Below, one piece after another: positions 56,678-64,000 of a stretch of 64,000 nucleotides of DNA; positions within the stretch are counted from its first letter, which is position 1; the number at the start of each line of letters is the position of its first letter. Both the position numbers and the translations under genes were made by a program. The notes beneath the pieces were generated by a model, which saw nothing but the letters and a program-made list of their open reading frames with translations, ran no database searches and was not told the DNA's origin. The DNA is from Eledone cirrhosa. Its lineage: Eukaryota. The DNA lies in the NCBI GenBank assembly GCA_964016885.1, contig OZ024741.1, forward strand, positions 82,274,001-82,338,000. The letters are read 5' to 3'.

Positions 56678-57159
56678 TATCCCTCATAATTCATTAAAAC
56701 AATTATCTATAACTACCCATCTATCCATTCATATACCCATCTATCCATTCATATATCTATTTTTCTATCTATCTATTTTTCTATCTATTGATTCTTCTAT
56801 TTATCTATTTTTCTATATATTTATTTTTCAATATAATTTTTCAATATAATTTTTCTATCAAATTTTTTATATATATTTATTTTTCTATATATATCTATTT
56901 TTTTATCTACTCATAATAGTAAATATTATATTATATTAGAAAAGAATTCTAACAACAAAATAATAGTAAATATACGTACCATTAGTAGATATAAACTTAA
57001 AGCTTATTTACGTTACGTGAGTTCTATTCATCCGCTTGTAAATTTCTTCTCTCTATCTATCTCATTATATTAATAATTTTTTTCTCTCTCTCTCTTTCTT
57101 CCCTAACTTTCCCCAGCATCATTTAAATAAATGGTTGTTTTTTTCAATTATTTACACAT

Positions 57160-57475
57160 TCATTTGCATATTCACACATAACTTTGAATAATCCCTAATA
57201 TGTTTCCACTATCCAGTGAATTTCCGACCGATAAGGTATGATTTTCATGGGTAGTCTTTATTTATAAAACAAACATTATATTTCATTTGATGGAAGCGCA
57301 CCAAGACTGGCTTGGTTGATATTGAAATATATATAATAAAATAAGTATGGTTTTATAAATATAGTTTCCATTTATTTAATATCATTGAATATTTACTCCA
57401 GTAAACTGTTGAGTGCTCTATATCAGTTATAAACATTTACGTTTGTCGGAATTCCAACAAATTAAATACAACTTC

Positions 57476-57478
<3 letters not shown>
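57160..57478 (+). mobile_element. Copy of the 8907 repeat with decayed HHR core
   Basis: Core reads TTGATGG in place of CTGATGA. Confidence 0.8.
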
Positions 57479-57531
<53 letters not shown>

Positions 57532-57720
57532 AGGAGAAATAGAGAGAGAGAAGTGGTTACACCTTAGCGGATCCTCAGCTCGTATTGGACATTAGGAGTT
57601 GAGGATCAGCCAAAGTGAAACAATTGTTCTCTGTATGGTGAACTAACTGTTGTGTAACCACTTCTACCTAACTCGTCCCATAGACAGAGTGCTCTACCAC
57701 CTTTATTATATATATATATA

Positions 57721-58471
57721 AATATATAGTGAGTTAGAAACTCAGAGTAGTCTCTTACAATTAAATAGCTCTAAGAAAAAAGCTTTTCCGATCCGTACAA
57801 TATAATTGAATAAACAATAGAGATGAACACTAATATAAACATCCCTGTGTTCGAATCGTAAGGACCAAGTTTGCTAGGTATTTTTTACCCTACCAAACTT
57901 GGTCCTTACGATTCGAACACATGTATGTTTATATTAGTGTTCATCTCTCTTGTTTATTCAATTATATTATACGGCTCGGAAAAGTTTTTTCTTAGAGCTA
58001 TTTAATTGTAAGAGACTACTCTGAGTTTCTAACTCACTATATATTCGTCGGCTCCATCATGTAGAGCTAATTTTAATGTCCTGTCAGCCAGGGTGCTATT
58101 TTTAGCGGCAGGGAATTTCGAGACAGGCTGGGTACCGAAAACACGTGGATAATTCTTATAGCACACAATTCAGTATCTAATATTTTTTGAAGTTCAATGA
58201 TCACTAATTTCTCAACAACTACTGATGAGCAGAGAAATGTGTGAACTTCACTTAATAAGATTTTGCAAAACAGTCTCCTATACTGTCTAGTTGTTACCTG
58301 GCGATTTGCCCGATATAGGTCTGTTATTTTTCTTAATTTAATAATTAAATATTTAAAATTAAGTCTGACAAGCCATGTTGCTGTAGTTGGTATTTTTCTC
58401 CCTGGCAAACTTGGTCCTTACGATTCGAACACAGGTATGTTTATATTAGTGTTCATCTCTCTTGCTTATTC

Positions 58472-58478
<7 letters not shown>
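57721..58478 (+). mobile_element. ORF-less HHR element: 512-bp unit, ~1.15 tandem copies plus ~150-bp inverted 5' arm
   Basis: caaacttggtccttacg at 57894 and 58406; 57721-57873 is the reverse complement of 57894-58045; (TA)n on both sides. Confidence 0.85.
58214..58295 (+). ncRNA. Type I hammerhead ribozyme with G12A core change
   Basis: aacaacta-CTGATGA-gcagag...ttttgc-AAAA-cagt(ctcctat)actg-TC-tagttgtt. Confidence 0.72.
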
Positions 58479-58507
<29 letters not shown>

Positions 58508-58549
58508 CATTGAAAGAGATAGAAGGCTAAACAATGCAAAATGAACTAA

Positions 58550-59428
58550 CAGTAAGATAAGGTAACGAAAAGTAATAGCAAGTTACCTGGTAATCTTTGT
58601 TTTGTTGTTCTTTTTCTTTTATCTGTCCAATATTTTGGGACCTAAAAGTCCTTTCATCAGGGTTTAAGGAACATTCAGTGGATAAAGCTGAATTGCCAAT
58701 ATAGTATTTCGTAAAATCAATTTTCTTTTTTGTGTGAGATTTTTAGTTTGTGTGCCTGTGGTTGTATCTTGTATGTGAAGTGCTGTGTGCTGAGTTCTAT
58801 TCTATTACATATTTGCGGGTTGAGTCTAAGTATGAGCAAGGCTTCCTTAATTCTTAAGTTGCCCACATCACTGGCTTTAATGGTAACGGTAATATGTTAG
58901 TCGATGTTTCTACATTAATAAATGTCTTTTTTTAATGAGGATTGGCGTGTGTTGAAGTGTTCTTTAATGCAAGTGTGGAGTGCTCAATTTGTGCTACCAA
59001 TGTAGAACTCCTTATATTTGTTGCATTGAATTCGGTATATCACATGTGTCCACTGGTTCATACCTGTATCGCGGATAGGGAAGTTAGTCAGCGAGCATTG
59101 ATTGTTGTTGTCTCTGGATTGCTTTTTAGACAGGTATCCACGCAGTGAAGGATTGGAGTGTGCTAACTGTATGTCCAGTCCTTCTTTGCGGATAGCTCTG
59201 CGGGTAGCTGGGGTTATTCTTTCGCTGAAATGTGGTAATTTCCTGAAGCAGGTCTTAGAGGAGGTCTTATGTCTGCGGCACCTTCGATTCTTGAGTCGAT
59301 TTATTGTGTATGTTGGATATCTGTTCGTCTTCAGTATATCTATGAAGTGTGCAGTGTGAGTGATCTGGTCCTTTGTCTTGCTACTTTTATTCCGGATACC
59401 AATAAGTTCTTTTCTTATGTATCAGGTT
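58550..59428 (-). mobile_element. Degenerate PLE fragment related to 16101-16937
   Basis: Minus strand: RRAIRKEGLDIQLAHSNPSLR..VIYRIQCNK..FYIGST..IKEH..LRIKEAL. Confidence 0.85.
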
Positions 59429-60114
59429 TTAACACCAAGGGAGGGGGGGGGGGACTGATCTATAATGCACAAATACACATATATATATATATATACATAT
59501 AAACAGATACACACACTGAATGTATGTGCATTAAGAGATGCACATGCGTACACAAACATATGATTATCCATATAAGGTAGAAATGAGAGATAGAAACATA
59601 GTGAAGCATTGAGAAAAACATTGAGGTATATTCGTTCGCATAACATTTTTCCGAGATGAATGTGTTAAATCCTTGAAATTTTATAATGAATTTGAAACTC
59701 GTTCCAATGCCATAGAGTCTGCATTGCGAAAATACTATCCTTAACAATTTTTCCCCAAACAGGCCGAGCCAGTGCTTCCATTAAACCCATTATTCAGGCG
59801 CCTAGGGGACAATTCTCTGTTAGGGACATTACTCAAATTTAAAATATCAGACTTTTATGTCTCTTTGTATAATTAACTTGCATATTAATCATTTCCTGAG
59901 AACAATCAATAAATCACTAAACATATATTGTTATGATTTGTGGCAAAATGTAGCATGTGTGTGTGTGGACTGTGTGGTGGAAAATGAAGGCTTACTAATC
60001 TTAGTTTAGTCAGAGGAAGACTTTTGAAAAACTATGTTGGTCAGCATACCGAACGTGAAATTGAAATATATTTGGTAGAATGGGGCTGCATAATGAGAGA
60101 GGTAAAATCCCACA

Positions 60115-60152
60115 TCATGATCATGATCATCAATTCATCATCATCATCATCA

Positions 60153-60215
<63 letters not shown>

Positions 60216-60274
60216 TCGTCATCGTCATCATCATCATCATCATCATCATCATCGCCATCATCATCATCATCTTT

Positions 60275-60337
<63 letters not shown>

Positions 60338-60492
60338 GTCGTCATCATCATCATCATCATCATTATCATCGCCAGCATCATCATCATTATCATCGCCATC
60401 ATCATCATCATTATCATCATCATCATCATCACCTTCGTCGTCGTCGTCATCATCATCATCATCATCATCATCCTCACCATCATCATCATTAT
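60115..60492. repeat. (CAT/CGT)n trinucleotide tract
   Basis: Direct reading; explains the poly-S/D/I/M ORFs. Confidence 0.95.
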
Positions 60493-60722
60493 TCCCATTA
60501 TTATGTACATAACACACCGGAAAGATTATCTCCGCCGTCATCAGCTTCACAAGAGTATGTGATTACCAGAAATAAATAACAATACCAATAACTATGACAG
60601 CAGCAACAGTATTATGATTGTTTAGAAAAATAAACAAAATCACAAACACGCTTACGCTTACGCACGCACACACACATACATACATACATATATATACATA
60701 TATATATATATATATCTGTTTG

Positions 60723-60753
<31 letters not shown>

Positions 60754-60761
60754 GTTTGTAC

Positions 60762-60813
<52 letters not shown>

Positions 60814-60878
60814 TTGTATATATATATGTTTGTATATATATATATATATATATATATATGTTTGTATATATATATGTT

Positions 60879-60920
<42 letters not shown>

Positions 60921-61327
60921 TATATTTGTATACATTCATATATGTATATATTGGTTTATACAGGTGAAAAAACAGTACGATAATTTGTCTTCTTTCAGTT
61001 TTTTATCCACTCTTCTAATCTGTTATGCTAGAATTAGTAAATAGTAGTCGGAAAAAAGAAAACTACTACCCAATTTGTTCAATGAGCGAGAATCGTATGG
61101 AAGAATAAAAAAATACTAAATACCCTGACAAATATTTGTTTACTACCGTCAAACATATAATGTTATCGAAGACGTGTAATTTCTTCCAATTAAGAAAAAA
61201 ATAGAACTATTAAACTAGAAAAAAATTGCGAGAAAAGTTTATATATATTTATACATACGCACACATATATTCATATATATATATTCATATATATACAAAT
61301 ATATAGATATATACATACACATATATA

Positions 61328-61400
<73 letters not shown>

Positions 61401-61407
61401 TTATTCT

Positions 61408-61456
<49 letters not shown>

Positions 61457-61486
61457 ACATCAAATGATGGTTAAAAGAGTTCCAAG

Positions 61487-61554
61487 TATTTTATTATGCG
61501 CATTTCAAAAACAAATATCATCATGAGATATCTGCGTTTTCATCAGATAAAATA
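61487..61554 (-). ncRNA. Minimal hammerhead ribozyme within an inverted repeat (61451-61545 and 61633-61731)
   Basis: Minus strand: tattttat-CTGATGA-aaacgcagatatc..gatatttgttttt-GAAA-TGCGCA-TA-ataaaata; the plus arm begins inside the core (TTGATGA). Confidence 0.8.
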
Positions 61555-62229
61555 GGGATACATGATATGAATGTTAAAAAACACTTGTGAATAGTGAAGT
61601 TTTAAATAAACATATGAAAAATAATTTAAGATTGATGAAAACGCAGATATCAACTCATGATGATATTTGTTTTTGAAATGCGCATAATAAAATACTTAGA
61701 ACTCTTTTAACCATCTTTTGATCTTATATTATTTATACTCCAGTCCTATAAACTGTAGAGTGCTACTTATCCGATATTTGCATTGCTTTATTGTGCTACA
61801 ATAAAATTCACCTCCTACATATATATATATATATATGAATATATATATATCTATATATATATATATATATATGTGTGTGGGGGGGGGGGGTTGAGTGTGT
61901 GTGAGGGTTGGTAAGTGAATGTGTGAGAGTGTATTAACATTCCGAACATGTTATTTTAAAGATAGTAATTTGGGAAGTAGTTTGGCTTAATACATTGTGA
62001 ACGCTAAGAGGAATATTTACGTTCATCTGACTGGGTGAAGTTCAGAAATGCAGACATATAGTATATCTCGTTGAAGTAAAAAATGTATAGTTGCTGTTTA
62101 GCAACTTGTGAGTCTTTGTTTAGTCGATGTACGACGAGAACCCTCCAATTAGTGTATGCATATGAATGTATGAATACATTATGTATGTTTCTATGTATGT
62201 ATAGATGTATGTATGTGCGTATGTTTCTA

Positions 62230-62436
62230 CAGGCTGCAGTTGTAGATGTTACTCATCATGCTTGTCAAGCTTGTGGGAGAGAGTGTAGATCGGTAGGAGG
62301 GTTCAAACGACAGGCACAAGTACATGAAAACCAACGACAGCCGGATATTGCCAGTGAACGTTTTCGTTGCCAACTCTGTGCAAGAAATTTTAGATCATTG
62401 GTTGGGGTAAGCCACATTCGATCGCAGCAACGTTAA
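62230..62436 (+). pseudogene. Two degenerate C2H2-like zinc fingers, probably an RTE-type LINE C-terminus
   Basis: CQACGRECRSVGGFKRQAQVH and CQLCARNFRSLVGVSHIRS, isolated among microsatellites. Confidence 0.5.
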
Positions 62437-64000
62437 TTGTTATTGTGCGTCTATGTGTATGAATGTGTGTGTGTGTGTATGTATGTATATGTGTATGTGT
62501 GTATGTATGGGTGTGTGTGTGTGTGTGTGTCTGTGCATATATATATCCACACACACACACACACACACACATATACATACACACACATATACATACACAT
62601 ACACACACTATATATATATATATCCTTACAATATTTATCCTTTCTTCAATACACAGTCCACAATCCGTCTTCTGGACTGTGTATTGAAGACAGGATATAT
62701 ATTCTAAGGAGATTACGCAATAGCGGTTGCCTAAATTCAAGTAATGGAATCTGTTCACGTTGTCCACATGTCTGGAAACACATCTTGCATAACTACAAAT
62801 CTCCGGATTGAATAACAACAACATTCTAATTTTCTTATCAACTCGAACATCTTTTCCGGACTTTCGCAGTTATCTCCCTTACACCTTTCGCTCTGGCTTT
62901 AGATCGCTTGAGTGAAGTGACCCAAGCGAATATTTTTTCATGTTGATTCCTAGCAAAAATGTGTGGCACACGCAATTCACGGTGCTAGCTTTGACACACA
63001 TTGTGTTTCACTACTCTCTCTGAGAACCACATTAATGGTGTACGTGTCTGCTGAATGGCTAGCTATTTTGTATTAAATTCCATTGATTAACTAGGTCGAA
63101 GCTGTCGACGTCGGCAACGACGGAAATCCAACAGCAATAATGTATATGCCTATATTACATATATACATATGTATTATACATGATTGTGTGTGTCTATGTG
63201 TATATCTATGTGTATGTAAGCTTGTACTCATGAATACTTGTATGTGTCAATGTATGCATTTTCCAGTTAAATTTGGGTGGTTTTAATATTTCCCCGTGGC
63301 ACTCTGATATATGGTGTTAGTTTCGATGAAACCTATCATAATACTTTGGGATTTCGAAAAAATACTGTGTATATATGTGACGTGTATGATATAATGTATG
63401 CGTGAAATGTGTAGGAGTGTGCGTATGGGTGTCTTTGTGTATTTATGTGTGTACTTAGTGTATGAATGCATGCACGTGCATGTTTCGATATTGTCTTTTT
63501 ATACGTATGAGTATGCATTTATATTAACATATATATATGACTATTTATGTATGTAAGGACGTATGGCTATACACTGTGCATGTGAATGTATGTATGTGAA
63601 TGTATGTATGTATGTTTGTGAGAACAGTGTTGTATGAAATGTTGTTTTCTGGCTTTTATGGTCACTCTTACATAAACATATAAACGTCAACACATACAAA
63701 CATAATCACGCACAGACACACATATATACGCAAACAGATTCTCAGCAACGCATTCTCATGCACACCTAGTCAACCACGCACAAACACACACTGTCCCAAC
63801 CAAGATATATCCAGCCAACTGCATACGCATATTCCCATTCACACCTACACATTTCTACCTACCGATATGCACCCCCCCCACATCCCCCGCCCCCCATCCA
63901 AACAACCACAAACTATAAAGAAACAATAAACAACTTCTTCAGATGAATGCTTAGAATTAAAATTGAATTCTATAATTCATGATCAAAATCAATGTACCTT

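Noticed and set aside
58628-58664. Minus-strand CTGATGA with ggac/gtcc stem downstream of a PLE fragment
   Set aside because: GAAA and stem I are degenerate; possibly a dead HHR but not supportable.
58985-58990. In-frame TGA in the PLE GIY-YIG region as selenocysteine (as in some Naiad PLEs)
   Set aside because: It aligns to an Arg of the 16101 copy (likely CGA>TGA decay), not to a Cys, and the copy has other stops.
62230-62436. Host C2H2 zinc-finger gene exon
   Set aside because: The fingers are defective, lack TGEKP linkers and are isolated; more likely a LINE remnant.

Overview
AT-rich eukaryotic genomic DNA packed with (TA)n/(CA)n/(GA)n/(TAA)n microsatellites and retroelements. The repeat landscape resembles a cephalopod (Octopus-like) genome, but this is inference. 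No host protein-coding exon could be supported; most short ORFs in the track are translated microsatellites. Elements present: several Penelope-like elements (PLEs; RT + GIY-YIG), mostly as head-to-head inverted pairs ending in (TA)n; R4/Dong-type RT-RLE LINEs (one with a 642-aa open frame); a near full-length decayed L1/Tx1-clade LINE; RTE-type 3' fragments; and a tRNA-derived SINE family. The most notable signal is non-coding. About 18 type I hammerhead ribozyme (HHR) motifs were read by eye. Nine lie in a near-perfect 310-bp tandem/inverted array (39816-42650), one per unit. Three other ORF-less HHR units of about 410-510 bp share the same tandem-plus-inverted architecture in or beside (TA)n. 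This suggests a set of non-autonomous, retrozyme-like self-cleaving RNA elements mobilised by PLE machinery. Base-pairings were deduced manually and need covariance-model and biochemical confirmation.
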